NCBI GenBank assembly: GCA_048882045.1
Contig: JBHLRZ010000009.1
Coordinates: forward strand, 32,384-96,383
Direction of reading: 5' to 3'
From: Candidatus Thorarchaeota archaeon
GTDB taxonomy: Archaea; Asgardarchaeota; Thorarchaeia; Thorarchaeales; Thorarchaeaceae
Length of the DNA: 64,000 nt
In this document: positions 19,207-29,563 of the stretch, piece after piece
How the letters are laid out: the number at the start of each line of letters is the position of its first letter
How positions within the stretch are numbered: position 1 is the stretch's first letter
The notes under the pieces: model-generated
The model's input: only the letters and a program-made list of their open reading frames with translations
Databases searched by the model: none
Told to the model about the DNA's origin: nothing
Program-made: the position numbers and the translations under genes

Positions 19207-19258
19207 TTGACCACACCCTTAATATTCATCAAGGTGCGATTCGAAATAGAGGTTCCGG

Positions 19259-20041
19259 ATGATGGATGAAGATTGTGCGGTTAAGATTCTTGGAGCACCT
19301 GAAGCTCAGGTTGTTCAGACGAAAGATGTAGATATGAAGCAACCACTTCTAGTCTGTTGCTTCCCATCCGCTGGAGTTGTTGGTACAATAGCAGCCCAAG
19401 AGATGATTCAACAGTTTAAGATGGAAGAAGTAGCTCACGTCAGGTCACGTTACATGCCCTCAGCTGCAGTATTTCAGGATGGGAAACTTCGTCATCCATT
19501 TCGAATCTATGGGCACCAGGACAAGAACCTGCTCGTTGTAACTGCAGAACTTCCTGTTGCTGAAGATGGCCTCTATATGGTGAGCTCAGCTCTACTAGAT
19601 TGGGGAGCGACAGTAGGTGTTAAGGAAACTGTCATCCTTGATGGGATTCCAGTCCAAGGACTTCCCTCAGACAGGAAGGTCCTATACGCTGCGGAAGAGG
19701 AGAAACTTGGTGAGCTTGAAGAAGACGATACGATGGAGATTCTTACAAAAGGAATCATCACGGGAATAGCTGGTTCCATACTTTCTGAAACTCTCTGTAG
19801 AGAAATGGTTGGGTTTGCCCTCCTGACACCGGCGATAGCTATGGTTCCAGATCCAGAAGGTGCAGTTCAACTACTGGAAGCTCTAAACAGGCTCTATAAG
19901 ACAGATGTAGATGTCACAGCCTTGAAAGAGAGTGCCACAGAGATTCGTAAGAAGATGGAAGAAATGGCACAGCAAGTAGAAGGAATGCGTAGACAGCAAC
20001 CTGGAGCAGGACGACCAGGATACGAACGGATGTATGCTTAG
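19259..20041 (+). CDS. PAC2-family proteasome assembly chaperone
   Basis: FPSAGVVGTIA, HPFRIY, GIITGIAG, PDPEGA, C-terminal RMYA (HbYX-like). Confidence 0.85.
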   Translation: MMDEDCAVKILGAPEAQVVQTKDVDMKQPLLVCCFPSAGVVGTIAAQEMIQQFKMEEVAHVRSRYMPSAAVFQDGKLRHPFRIYGHQDKNLLVVTAELPVAEDGLYMVSSALLDWGATVGVKETVILDGIPVQGLPSDRKVLYAAEEEKLGELEEDDTMEILTKGIITGIAGSILSETLCREMVGFALLTPAIAMVPDPEGAVQLLEALNRLYKTDVDVTALKESATEIRKKMEEMAQQVEGMRRQQPGAGRPGYERMYA

Positions 20042-20589
20042 TCTGTGCAGGTATCGTATGCTTCCCTTGCACCTTGAGCATTACGCTCACCAACTTTACC
20101 GGCCCAATTTTCGCAGATGACTTTCTGTACTGTTTCCAGCTTCACCAAACCGGTTGCCTTTGCAATAGCTCCAAGCATTGTTGTATTTATGACCGGAAGT
20201 CCTCCAACCAGTAGTCCGTTCTTGAGTGCAATTCCTGTCCCATCATAAGTGTAGATGTGTCCTTGTGGAAGACTGATCTCACCAGGAGTCTTGGGTGTGT
20301 TAATGATCACCTTCCCGTTATCCACTAAGCCTTCGGTGACATCAATAAGGTCGAGAATTGTCGAATCGAGAACTGCCACCACATCAGGAGTGTACACCTG
20401 ACTCCTCACATTGATCACCTCGTTGTCTATCCGGGTGAATGCCTTCACGGGGGCTCCACGACGCTCAGCCCCAAAGTATGGGAATGCTTGTACTCCCTTG
20501 TATCCGTCAATGTAAGCAGCCTTTGCGAGGAGTTCAGCAGAAGTAACACCACCCTGTCCGCCTCGTCCGTGCCATCTGATTTCGATCAA
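20038..20589 (-). CDS. porG: 2-oxoacid:ferredoxin oxidoreductase gamma subunit (start probably TTG 20589)
   Basis: IEIRWHGRGGQG, FPYFGAERRGAPV, NTTMLGA. Confidence 0.88.
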   Translation of the reverse strand: MIEIRWHGRGGQGGVTSAELLAKAAYIDGYKGVQAFPYFGAERRGAPVKAFTRIDNEVINVRSQVYTPDVVAVLDSTILDLIDVTEGLVDNGKVIINTPKTPGEISLPQGHIYTYDGTGIALKNGLLVGGLPVINTTMLGAIAKATGLVKLETVQKVICENWAGKVGERNAQGAREAYDTCTD

Positions 20590-20722
20590 TGTGATAGACT
20601 CCTGGGACCAGTCCTGTGACAAGCCTTGCGCGGCAACGGCCAAACATAACCTTTACGTTTGTACTACCAAGCTGAGTAAATCTTATCATCTTGCGAATCA
20701 AGCCAATAGCTAAGGATGAGTT

Positions 20723-21463
20723 ATGACCCAAGATAGAGAGGAGCAGATGATATTACAACCCCTGCAGGAGTTTATCAACATCATCACCTTAGGAAAGCCA
20801 TGGATTTATGAGGCGAATGATGAAGAAGTGCTCAAGAGATTGGATGCACTGGCTGAATATTTGGGGAAGGGAGCAGATAAGAAACTGTTAAAGAAACTGA
20901 GAAAAATTTTGGAATCAGGAAAGATTGAGGACAAAAGGAAATTCGTCATCTCATCTATCCCTTCTGATACTCAAAAGGCAGAAACCATCAAGAACGCCTT
21001 TAAACAAGCCACGGACTTGCAAGTCCATATGGCTTTCTATTTTTATGCAGTGACAAAGCTTGAAAAACCAAAACTCAAAGAACGTCGAGAACGTCTAAGA
21101 CATAAGACAGAATCCTATCAAGAGCCAATCTTAATTCGAAAAGGGACGGATCATCCAGTTCTGAAGCAATGGGAGAAGGAGAATGCAATAAAAGCACAAG
21201 CATTCCATTCAAGTATCAGTGAATTCGCAGAAGCTCTTGAGAAATATCCAGATAATATACATCTCTGGGCGAACTTGGCATCATACCTAGCTGGACCTGT
21301 GGGAAAAGACTACTTGGCGAAAGCAGCACAATCGGTAGTCAATAAGGATATAGAATGTCATGTTCGAACAAAACGAGAATTAGCAAAACTACTAATCGAC
21401 AGTGGAGCTCCTAGAGCAGCAGAAGTAGTGTTGGATGGAGCAGCATTGGACCCGTTTGCCTAG
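20723..21463 (+). CDS. Hypothetical alpha-helical protein
   Basis: 246-aa ORF; TPR-like C-terminus. Confidence 0.6.
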   Translation: MTQDREEQMILQPLQEFINIITLGKPWIYEANDEEVLKRLDALAEYLGKGADKKLLKKLRKILESGKIEDKRKFVISSIPSDTQKAETIKNAFKQATDLQVHMAFYFYAVTKLEKPKLKERRERLRHKTESYQEPILIRKGTDHPVLKQWEKENAIKAQAFHSSISEFAEALEKYPDNIHLWANLASYLAGPVGKDYLAKAAQSVVNKDIECHVRTKRELAKLLIDSGAPRAAEVVLDGAALDPFA

Positions 21464-21498
21464 CAGAAACTTTACGTAAGGGATCCACTAAAAATCAT

Positions 21499-22317
21499 GT
21501 GAGTAAAATGGATGAGTTTCTGAAAGCGAATAGAAAACTGTGGGATAAACTAGCATCAATTCACCACAAATCTGAGTTTTATGATGTAGAAGGCTTTCTA
21601 AAAGGGAAACAGACTCTTGATCCTATTGAGATTGAAGAACTTCCTGAGCTTACAGGAAAAAGACTGCTCCATCTGCAATGTCATTTTGGGATGGACACCC
21701 TATCACTTGCAAGATTGGGAGCTGAGGTCACTGGTGTGGATTTCTCTTCAGAAGCAATTGAGTTGGCAAAGTCACTGAGTGAAACAGCTAGGATTGATGC
21801 CAATTTTGTCTGTGCCAACGTCTATGCTGTTCCGGAGATTTTGAATGAAAAATTCGACATTGTCTTCACCTCAGGAGGTGTATTGACGTGGCTTCCAGAC
21901 CTCGAAAAATGGGCCAATGTGATCTCGTCGTGTTTGAAACAAGGGGGTCTGTTCTACATCCGAGAGTTTCATCCGTTTGCGTACGTCTTTGATGATGAGG
22001 ATGATGTTACAGAGCTCCGAGTGAGGTATCCATATTTCCAGGGTAGTGAACCTTTGATGTTCGAAGATGATGGAACCTATGCCAGTGATGAAAAGGTGGG
22101 AATGATGAAGACCTATGAATGGAATCATTCGATCTCAGTCATCCTGAACTCATTAATCAACAATGGACTTCGGATAGACCACTTCAACGAGTTTGCAGTA
22201 ACAGGGTACAAGGCTTTACCGTTCATGATTGAGAAAGAGAAAGGCAGGTGGGTCTTGCCCGGAAATGAAAACAAGATTCCACTGATGTTTTCAATAAAGG
22301 CAACCAAAATGGAATAG
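21499..22317 (+). CDS. Class I SAM-dependent methyltransferase
   Basis: LLHLQCHFGMDT, GVDFS, FDIVF, EFHP. Confidence 0.9.
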   Translation: MSKMDEFLKANRKLWDKLASIHHKSEFYDVEGFLKGKQTLDPIEIEELPELTGKRLLHLQCHFGMDTLSLARLGAEVTGVDFSSEAIELAKSLSETARIDANFVCANVYAVPEILNEKFDIVFTSGGVLTWLPDLEKWANVISSCLKQGGLFYIREFHPFAYVFDDEDDVTELRVRYPYFQGSEPLMFEDDGTYASDEKVGMMKTYEWNHSISVILNSLINNGLRIDHFNEFAVTGYKALPFMIEKEKGRWVLPGNENKIPLMFSIKATKME

Positions 22318-22318
22318 A

Positions 22319-23686
22319 TTATTGGTCCTCGTGTATTGCTTTCACTGCACCATCTGCTGACTGTGCTGCCTGTTGTAGTCCCACACCAGACCCTCCAGTG
22401 TCAGTTCCAACTATGTAAAGACCTTTGATGGGAGTTCTGGGACCTGGTCGATCTAGGTCAGTTTGGCCGGGAATGAGTGCTGCACGAGTTGCATAGGACA
22501 TCTGAACATGTTCCATCTCAACATGGTCAAATAGTCCAGGATGATACTTCTCCAGACCATTACTCTTCATAATATCGACCATCTCTTCCTTACTTCTGCC
22601 TGAAATGGCCATCATCGCAATGGCTACAAGCTCCTTGCCCTCTGGAGCACAAGACGGATCAAAGCTCGATATCGAAACAATCCACCTATTGGGATTGGGA
22701 TGGACAATGACTCGGTTCTTTCGGTCGCCTATGACTGGCTTGCTGAGCCCCAACCATAGTGTGATGCCTTGTGTGGGTCTCATGTTGCTCCATCTCTTGA
22801 AAAACTGTAATGTTTCAGAATTTTCAGATTGGATTATGTTTGGCATAGCCCAGAGTGGGATGTTACTCACTATTCTGGAGTGTGGCAGTGTCATGCCATT
22901 GACAGTGCAACCTGAAACCGTACCGTTGTTGTCGTGTATTTGTTCCACTGTTGCATTTAGAACATAGTCCCCGTTGATAGTTTCAATAACACGTTTGATG
23001 AGTAAATCCATGCCTCCAATGACATAGCCTTCATCATAATCGCTTGAACCGAGAAGCAGTCTCTTTACAGAGCCTAGTTTGGAGGACTCTCGGTCTGTGT
23101 CCTTGAGGGTTCTGAGTGATTCGTACGCTGAAGCCTCGGAAATAGGCACGCCAGCTGCCATGTAGATGGCGCTTTGCATGACATCGAGGATGACTTGGTT
23201 TGTAGCACCTCGTGACTTCATGAAATCCAGAAATGAGATGTCTTTGTACTTTTTCATCTCCTCGAGCTTCATTGTCTTGATCTTAGCTCCAATCCTGACA
23301 AGACTCAATCGACCTCGCCAACCTGTGAGGGGCCACCGGAGGGTTTCGCCCACACTTGAAGGGATTGTACCAACTTTATCATAGACACGAAACTCCCAGC
23401 CTTCATGAAGGACGAATTCAGGAGGTGGTGAAAGGTAAGTCTTCAGAAACCTGACGAAAGCTCCCCGAGTAACTCGGGTGATGACATGAAGTCCCTGATC
23501 GACACGGAAGCCATCAACCCAATAACTGTGCCAGACTCCACCAAGTCGGTCAGCCTTCTCTAGAATAACGACTTTTTTGCCCTCAGAGGTAAGGGCAAGT
23601 GCTGTCAGAAGACCACCTGCTCCTCCACCTGCTATGATGACATCGTATAGCGATGTATCAACCTGATCTAGAGATATCTGCTTCAT
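22319..23686 (-). CDS. FAD-dependent oxidoreductase, phytoene desaturase-like
   Basis: DVIIAGGGAGGL...EKADRLGG, TPIKGLYIVG. Confidence 0.8.
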   Translation of the reverse strand: MKQISLDQVDTSLYDVIIAGGGAGGLLTALALTSEGKKVVILEKADRLGGVWHSYWVDGFRVDQGLHVITRVTRGAFVRFLKTYLSPPPEFVLHEGWEFRVYDKVGTIPSSVGETLRWPLTGWRGRLSLVRIGAKIKTMKLEEMKKYKDISFLDFMKSRGATNQVILDVMQSAIYMAAGVPISEASAYESLRTLKDTDRESSKLGSVKRLLLGSSDYDEGYVIGGMDLLIKRVIETINGDYVLNATVEQIHDNNGTVSGCTVNGMTLPHSRIVSNIPLWAMPNIIQSENSETLQFFKRWSNMRPTQGITLWLGLSKPVIGDRKNRVIVHPNPNRWIVSISSFDPSCAPEGKELVAIAMMAISGRSKEEMVDIMKSNGLEKYHPGLFDHVEMEHVQMSYATRAALIPGQTDLDRPGPRTPIKGLYIVGTDTGGSGVGLQQAAQSADGAVKAIHEDQ

Positions 23687-23818
23687 ACTGAGTTCGACTC
23701 TTAGACATTGGTACTTAAGGATGTTCAAAGCTTGGTTGCAGAAGGAAACATCATCACGGGAAGGGTTATGAGGAATGACAAGTCAAGAACTCCAAGCACT
23801 AAATGATGTGACCCAAGC

Positions 23819-25618
23819 TTGACATCGGATGACGATATACTGAAAGAGGCCAGGAGCGCGCTAGAAGATGGCAACAAAGAAGTAGGTGCAAAATTGCTCC
23901 TAGCTGCAGCAAGTCGATTATCTGACAAGACAGAGTATGAACAAGCAGCAAAGGTGTACGAAGAAGCAGCAATCGTCTTCAGAGACCTCTATGAAGCTGA
24001 TGAGGCTTTCAAAGCATTTGATAATGTCACTCTAATGTTGATTAGACTACCCCAGACTCCAGAGATATATAGTGAGATTGTCAGAGTAAATTCTGCAGCA
24101 GCCAAGGTAGCTGAAGAGGCAACAGAGTACAAGAAGGCTGCAGACTTCTATTTCAGGGCTCAAGACTTTGCCACAGACGAGGAAAAGTCAGAGATCAATA
24201 TCAAAGCAGCAGATGCTTTAGAGAACCTAGCGGATGTAAAGGAAGAAGAAGAAGACTATGGCGAAGCAATAAGCCTGCTTCGAAAAGTGAGCCGTCTGTA
24301 TTATACAGGTGGCGATGATGAACTGGGAGAACGTATCAATGATCGTGCGGTAAGACTCGCCCGAAGATGGGCAAATGCAGCAAGAGACAATGGTGACTAT
24401 GCATCCGCAGGCAACGCACTGGCAGAAGCGGCCCAGATACTTGACACAGGCGAGTCTACGGAAGCAGCACGAATCATGATGGAAGCGGGGGAACATTACG
24501 AAGCTGCTGAACTCTTCGAGAAAGCGGGAAACATCTATGACGCAGCTCAAGAGTCATACAAGCTTCAGAGGTTGACATCAGCCAGAAATCAAGCGATGTC
24601 AAAAGCGGCTGAAGCCTATCTGAAAATGGAAGGAACTCCTGAAGCAGTAGCCCCCCTCCTAGTAAAAGGAGGAAACATGTTCCTTGAGATCGGGCGACCT
24701 ATGAAGGCGAAGTGGGCATTTAAGCGAGGGAATGAGCTATTTGGCGAACTTGCAGAGAAAGCCAAGGCACGGAATGACACTGAATCGGTAATGAAATACT
24801 ACAGATTTCAGGCAATGTGTCTTGAGAAATGGGGAGAGCAAAAAGATGCAAGTAAGTTGTACCAGCAGGTCATTAATCATTATCTCAAGGAAGCAGTCAA
24901 TGAGAAAGAATCAGGAAACAAAGAACTCCAGGCAGTTGCCCTCGAAGAAGCCGCTGAAGTCCTCAGTGAATCTGGAAAGGACACAGAAGCAAAAGGGCAC
25001 ATTGAAACAGCCTTGGAACTATATGTTGCACTAGCAGAGGAAACCTCCACAAGTGGAGACCCAGAAGGCGGATCCAAGCACTACAGTAAAGCTGCTGCAT
25101 GTGCCATGAATCTTGGGGATAAGGGAAGACATGAGTCATTCCATCGCATGGCAAGCGAAAAGGCAGAGAAAGCAGCTGAGTACTATCAAGAGCTTGGAGT
25201 CCCTGAGCTTGCGACAATCTGGATTCGTACAGCAGGTCTTGAAGCACTTCAAACCAATTCGGAAGATATGGTTGACAGAGCAATTGAACTTTTGACCAAG
25301 TCTGCAGATGGATTCAAAGAAGCCAATGAACTTAGAGAAGCCTTTGAAGACCTATTCACAGTGTTTGAAACCAGGTTTATGCATCTCCCTGACAAAAAGA
25401 AACCCATAAACACAACAATCAAAATGATGGGAGAGATTGCCACCGAAACACAGGACGAGATCCTAGTCGCCATTGTATCTCTTGTGAGAGCACTCAATGC
25501 AGGAAACCACATTGGTGCACTCATGATTCTTCAAGAGAATGAAGAAGATCTCTTGCCAAAAGCAGAACGCATCAGAAAACTCATTGCCCAATCGAAAGTA
25601 GTCAGGAAAATCAAGTAG
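23819..25618 (+). CDS. SNAP/TPR-like alpha-solenoid protein
   Basis: Repeats YEQAAKVYEEAA, YKKAADFYFRA, FEKAGNIYDAA, GSKHYSKAA. Confidence 0.7.
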   Translation: MTSDDDILKEARSALEDGNKEVGAKLLLAAASRLSDKTEYEQAAKVYEEAAIVFRDLYEADEAFKAFDNVTLMLIRLPQTPEIYSEIVRVNSAAAKVAEEATEYKKAADFYFRAQDFATDEEKSEINIKAADALENLADVKEEEEDYGEAISLLRKVSRLYYTGGDDELGERINDRAVRLARRWANAARDNGDYASAGNALAEAAQILDTGESTEAARIMMEAGEHYEAAELFEKAGNIYDAAQESYKLQRLTSARNQAMSKAAEAYLKMEGTPEAVAPLLVKGGNMFLEIGRPMKAKWAFKRGNELFGELAEKAKARNDTESVMKYYRFQAMCLEKWGEQKDASKLYQQVINHYLKEAVNEKESGNKELQAVALEEAAEVLSESGKDTEAKGHIETALELYVALAEETSTSGDPEGGSKHYSKAAACAMNLGDKGRHESFHRMASEKAEKAAEYYQELGVPELATIWIRTAGLEALQTNSEDMVDRAIELLTKSADGFKEANELREAFEDLFTVFETRFMHLPDKKKPINTTIKMMGEIATETQDEILVAIVSLVRALNAGNHIGALMILQENEEDLLPKAERIRKLIAQSKVVRKIK

Positions 25619-25679
25619 TTCTGATTTCTTTCGGAAGACAGAAGAGTAATTCATCCTGACACTTCTATGCTGGTGATAA

Positions 25680-26102
25680 TTGATGACTACATATAGTGAT
25701 ACCATTTCTTTAGAAACCAGAGGTGATTGTGATATGATTGATATCACATCAGAGGTTTCAGACTCTGTGAGTAAGAGTGGTTTGAACACTGGTATTTGTA
25801 CTGTTTTCTGTACTGGCTCTACAGGTTCAGTCACAACAATAGAATACGAGGGAGGTCTGATCAAGGATTTCCCAGAAGCAATGGAGAGGATAGCCCCAAC
25901 TGATGCCGTTTATGAACACCATCTAAGATGGGGAGATGGTAATGGACACTCGCATGTGAGAGCGTCAATTCTAGGGCCAAGTCTCACCGTGCCTTTTGCG
26001 GATGGTAGGTTGACTCTAGGGACTTGGCAACAGATGTGCTTCGTTGATTTTGATAATAAACCTAGAAGTAGAAGACTTGTTGTTGTTATCCTAGGCGAGT
26101 GA
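25680..26102 (+). CDS. yjbQ: YjbQ/UPF0047 family protein
   Basis: DGNGHSHVRAS, LTLGTWQQ, DFD. Confidence 0.9.
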   Translation: MMTTYSDTISLETRGDCDMIDITSEVSDSVSKSGLNTGICTVFCTGSTGSVTTIEYEGGLIKDFPEAMERIAPTDAVYEHHLRWGDGNGHSHVRASILGPSLTVPFADGRLTLGTWQQMCFVDFDNKPRSRRLVVVILGE

Positions 26103-26381
26103 TCATGGAAGGTCGTGATGATCCTCCAGGTCCCAGGATAATGTTCTTGCACTTGGACTCTGAGGAGTGGAGTCTCGGATTTTCATCGCAAGATAGTGGA
26201 TTCTCATGGCTCGACGTAGACGATGAATCTGGAAAGGAGCAGTCCAATTTTCAATGGGTTTTCGATAGCCAAAAGAGTCCATGAGGTCACGTATTGTATC
26301 GAGCTCTTTCCTGACCTGGAGCTTGATGTCGTCAAGGTCTCGCTGTATAGTTAATCCAGGCGTATCTGTCATTCTGGACAT
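26103..26381 (-). CDS. Hypothetical protein
   Basis: 92-aa ORF with upstream GGAGAG, co-oriented with nob1. Confidence 0.45.
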   Translation of the reverse strand: MSRMTDTPGLTIQRDLDDIKLQVRKELDTIRDLMDSFGYRKPIENWTAPFQIHRLRRAMRIHYLAMKIRDSTPQSPSARTLSWDLEDHHDLP

Positions 26382-26446
26382 CTCTCCAACTCTTACAGTC
26401 CAAGAGTTGGCATATTATCTCATGTAAGACCCAAGTATTACCCAAA

Positions 26447-26965
26447 TCAATGTAACTTTCGCTTCTTCATGGGGAACCTACGCATCTCAGTTCCACAGAC
26501 TGGACATTCAGTTTCGCGCGTAGGTTTCGCTGACCGATAATTGCATGCGGGACACTTCATGATCCAAGTGATTTCTTGTCCAAACTTTTTGTTTGGGTCA
26601 AGTATCTTGAGACCCATATGACTAGATGTATTCAGAACTGCAAAGTCTGTTGAAACAAGAGTGCTATCAGGATTCTCTCGGGAGATTGTTAATGCAAGAG
26701 CTATTAGTTCTAAATCATTCTGAGAAAGCTTGGACAGATCCCCTGTTGAGCCTGCGGCTTTTTTAGCCTTCTTTAGATCATCAGCAGTAGGAGTGCGCTC
26801 GACCATTTTGTCCAGCAAGAACAAAGTTTCTGCTCGAAAGCGGCTCAAACGATTTCGAATCTCACCTATTATCCGAGGTGTTGTAACAAAGATTGAATCC
26901 TTTCTTGTGTCGGTCCATGTCGAAACTAGAACTCCTGTATCTAGGACATAGATTCGAGACATCAC
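26447..26965 (-). CDS. nob1: Nob1-like PIN endonuclease with Zn ribbon
   Basis: YVLDT, TGDLSKLSQNDLELIALA, STDFAVLN, CPAC...CPVCG. Confidence 0.88.
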   Translation of the reverse strand: MMSRIYVLDTGVLVSTWTDTRKDSIFVTTPRIIGEIRNRLSRFRAETLFLLDKMVERTPTADDLKKAKKAAGSTGDLSKLSQNDLELIALALTISRENPDSTLVSTDFAVLNTSSHMGLKILDPNKKFGQEITWIMKCPACNYRSAKPTRETECPVCGTEMRRFPMKKRKLH

Positions 26966-26970
26966 ATCAC

Positions 26971-27837
26971 CTAGAGAGTCCTTGGTACAAGTCGTGTATT
27001 GAGCCTGTCATAGTAATTATCGTATAGACGAATGAATCTTGAAACAAGATTGGACTTCTTTATCCAGACAGTCTCAAGATGTTCTACCTCCCATTGAGTC
27101 TGACCATCAATGATTGCTAATCCATGAGCTCCGGGTTTGACAAGTTCGAGCTCGAGTGTTGATGTATCTGGAATTACTATGGATTTCAGTTCAAACCTTG
27201 GTGGACAAACAGGTACGAAGATGAAACCGTTGACATCCGGAGCCAGAATGGACCCTCCAGCAGCAAGTGAATACGCTGATGAGCCAACAGGAGTTGCTAA
27301 CATCGCACCATCAGCCCGACCATAGTCCACTTGGACACCATCAAGAAAAACCTTGAATGTTAGTAGTCGACCGGGCATTTTCGAAACAATATAAACCTCG
27401 TTTAGTGCTTCCCCAAAGATCCGATCTCCCACACCAGAACTGAGATTCATATTGATTTCGATGACACATTCGCCTTCGAGTACTTGTTCAAGGGCGGGAA
27501 TGGCAGATTCATCATCAGCCTCTGTGAGGAATCCAACATAACCACGGTTAATACAGAAAAGAGGAGTCCCACGGTCCTCCAACCTGGAGAGGGTGTACAG
27601 GATTGTACCGTCACCTCCAATAGTAACTACAAAATCTGCATCTATATCTTCAATTGATGTAAGTTCAATCTTTTTTGACTTGACATTACATGAACCTTTG
27701 TCCATCTGAACATTGAGTTTCTTCGATAGCAGGAACTCTGCGACCCTATTGGCTATGTTTTCAATCTCAGGACGGTCAGGTCTACATACAAGACCGACTG
27801 TGTTTTTATGAGAAATCTGAGGATTCTCTTCAATCAA
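26971..27837 (-). CDS. nadK: NAD kinase
   Basis: GGDGT, GYVGFL, ALNE, ATPVGSSAYSLAAGG. Confidence 0.93.
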   Translation of the reverse strand: MIEENPQISHKNTVGLVCRPDRPEIENIANRVAEFLLSKKLNVQMDKGSCNVKSKKIELTSIEDIDADFVVTIGGDGTILYTLSRLEDRGTPLFCINRGYVGFLTEADDESAIPALEQVLEGECVIEINMNLSSGVGDRIFGEALNEVYIVSKMPGRLLTFKVFLDGVQVDYGRADGAMLATPVGSSAYSLAAGGSILAPDVNGFIFVPVCPPRFELKSIVIPDTSTLELELVKPGAHGLAIIDGQTQWEVEHLETVWIKKSNLVSRFIRLYDNYYDRLNTRLVPRTL

Positions 27838-27980
27838 TACGAGACACTCTCAAATTTGGCCTTTATCTCGACCCTTTTACAGTTATTGCAGGGAATTAAA
27901 AATCAAGCGCAGCCAAATATTTATAGATGAGACAAAAGGTCTGGAGTATTACGGTCTGCAAGACTTAGTTGGTGAAGTAA

Positions 27981-28382
27981 ATGAGTATTAAGAAGTCTGA
28001 AGCTAAAAGTCTGAAGCCAGGAAGCTACTTCCTGATTGAAGGAGAGCCATGTAGAGTGGTATCAATAGAGAAGTCAAAACCTGGAAAGCATGGTGCAGCA
28101 AAAGCAAACATCGTGGCAATTGGCTTCTTTGACAATCGTAAAAGAAACGTCATCATGCCAGCAGACCGAATGGTCGATGTTCCACTCATTGACAAGACCA
28201 GTGCTACAGTGATCGCTGACATGGGTGAAACCTACAGTTTGATGGACAGTGAGACCTTTGAAACCTACGAGGTTCCAAAACCAGCAGATGATGAAATCGC
28301 GTCGAAGATTGAATTGAATGTAGCAGTAGAAGTCTGGAACGTCATGGACCGAAAAGTGATTACTAGGGTCAAGACATCTTAG
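27981..28382 (+). CDS. eif5a: Translation factor aIF5A
   Basis: Hypusine motif SKPGKHGAAK. Confidence 0.96.
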   Translation: MSIKKSEAKSLKPGSYFLIEGEPCRVVSIEKSKPGKHGAAKANIVAIGFFDNRKRNVIMPADRMVDVPLIDKTSATVIADMGETYSLMDSETFETYEVPKPADDEIASKIELNVAVEVWNVMDRKVITRVKTS

Positions 28383-28466
28383 TTCAAATAACAACATTAA
28401 ATCTCTGGACCCACAATACTCAATACAGTCTATTGATACAAAATCAGACTCGGAGAGTTAGCATAA

Positions 28467-28880
28467 ATGTCTGTAGACCAGCTTGAGAAATGGTTGACAT
28501 CACTCGACCTACCTTTTGAACTTCTTCAAGATATTCACACCTTCAGGGTGATGTGGGAGGTTGAAGAAGCTACTTTCGAGATTAGAATTGCAATTCGTGC
28601 TGACAAGTGGATTCATGTTTCGGTTCTTCTACTGAAACCTGATGAAATACCGCATGAAAGTAGAGAGGAGCTATTTGAAATCCTACTTCGTGAGAACTGG
28701 ATGCTTGATGATGTAACCTATTCCATGGATGAGAAAGGCAATATTTACTCTGAGAATGACATACCAGAGCAGACTAATCTTGAGAATTTCAAAAGTGAGC
28801 TCGACGCAGCCATCTTTGGATTGGAACGTTTTGTAACAATCGTTTCCAGTAGACTTGGAATTAATCCTAAGGGAGTTTAG
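28467..28880 (+). CDS. YbjN-like protein
   Basis: ELFEILLRENW...YSMDEKG pattern. Confidence 0.6.
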   Translation: MSVDQLEKWLTSLDLPFELLQDIHTFRVMWEVEEATFEIRIAIRADKWIHVSVLLLKPDEIPHESREELFEILLRENWMLDDVTYSMDEKGNIYSENDIPEQTNLENFKSELDAAIFGLERFVTIVSSRLGINPKGV

Positions 28881-28974
28881 AGAACTCATTTGATTCAGAA
28901 GATCTTCCAATCCAGAACCAGAAATGTGTGATTCTACTTATTGTAGATAGTGAAGAGATGAACTCAGGTGGAAA

Positions 28975-28998
28975 ATTATGCGAAGAGAGAGATTTGAT
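28975..28998 (+). repeat. Degenerate copy of the tRNA-Leu 3'-end repeat (R6)
   Basis: attatgcgaagagagagatttgat; 18/24 identical to atggtgcggagggcgagatttgaa. Confidence 0.55.
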
Positions 28999-29023
28999 AT
29001 GGAAGTGAAACGTTCGTGACTAT

Positions 29024-29482
29024 TTGATGACAGATCATTTCTATTCGACCGCATGCAAAGAATGTGGTGGATACTGTTGCACATTGGGAGGTACTCTTGC
29101 GACACAGTTGGAAGTTGACCGAGTCATTGAAGCTGGATATCCGAATAAATTCGTTGAAATTACAGAGAACTGCTATATTACAGATTTTGGAAAAACCCTG
29201 ATTTGCCCGTATCTTAAAGAGTCCAAATGCGAAATCTATCCTGTGCGTCCATTGCTTTGTAGGAAGTATCCCATTTTCTCAACAGACGGGGAAGAGCATT
29301 ATTTGGTCCATTGTCCTCTAACTCAATACCTTTCAAAAGATGATATCGCTCAATGTATTGAAGCTGCCTTAGAGGTTCCTGAAGAACTATACACATGTAC
29401 ACAGAAATTTATGGCTCCTTTTGGTTCAGGAATTGACGAACGAATGCGTAAATTCAGGATGGAGCCTATCAATCTTGAATGA
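29024..29482 (+). CDS. YkgJ/CxxCxxCC family Zn/Fe-chelating protein
   Basis: CKECGGYCC...CPYL...CEIYPVRPLLCRKYP. Confidence 0.88.
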   Translation: MMTDHFYSTACKECGGYCCTLGGTLATQLEVDRVIEAGYPNKFVEITENCYITDFGKTLICPYLKESKCEIYPVRPLLCRKYPIFSTDGEEHYLVHCPLTQYLSKDDIAQCIEAALEVPEELYTCTQKFMAPFGSGIDERMRKFRMEPINLE

Positions 29483-29563
29483 AAAGAGTGAATGAAGATA
29501 TGATTCTCTTTTTCGGGAATTGAAGTAACAGATAGGTGCTACAACTAATAGAGTGGAGTCCTG

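Noticed and set aside
8083-20041. Recurrent 4-bp overlaps of convergent stop codons (8083, 16534, 20038)
   Set aside because: An ordinary consequence of a compact genome.
29500-29524. Possible further repeat remnant (atgattc...cgggaattgaa) between the YkgJ-like gene and pheA
   Set aside because: Only the ends match and the core differs; not distinguishable from chance.
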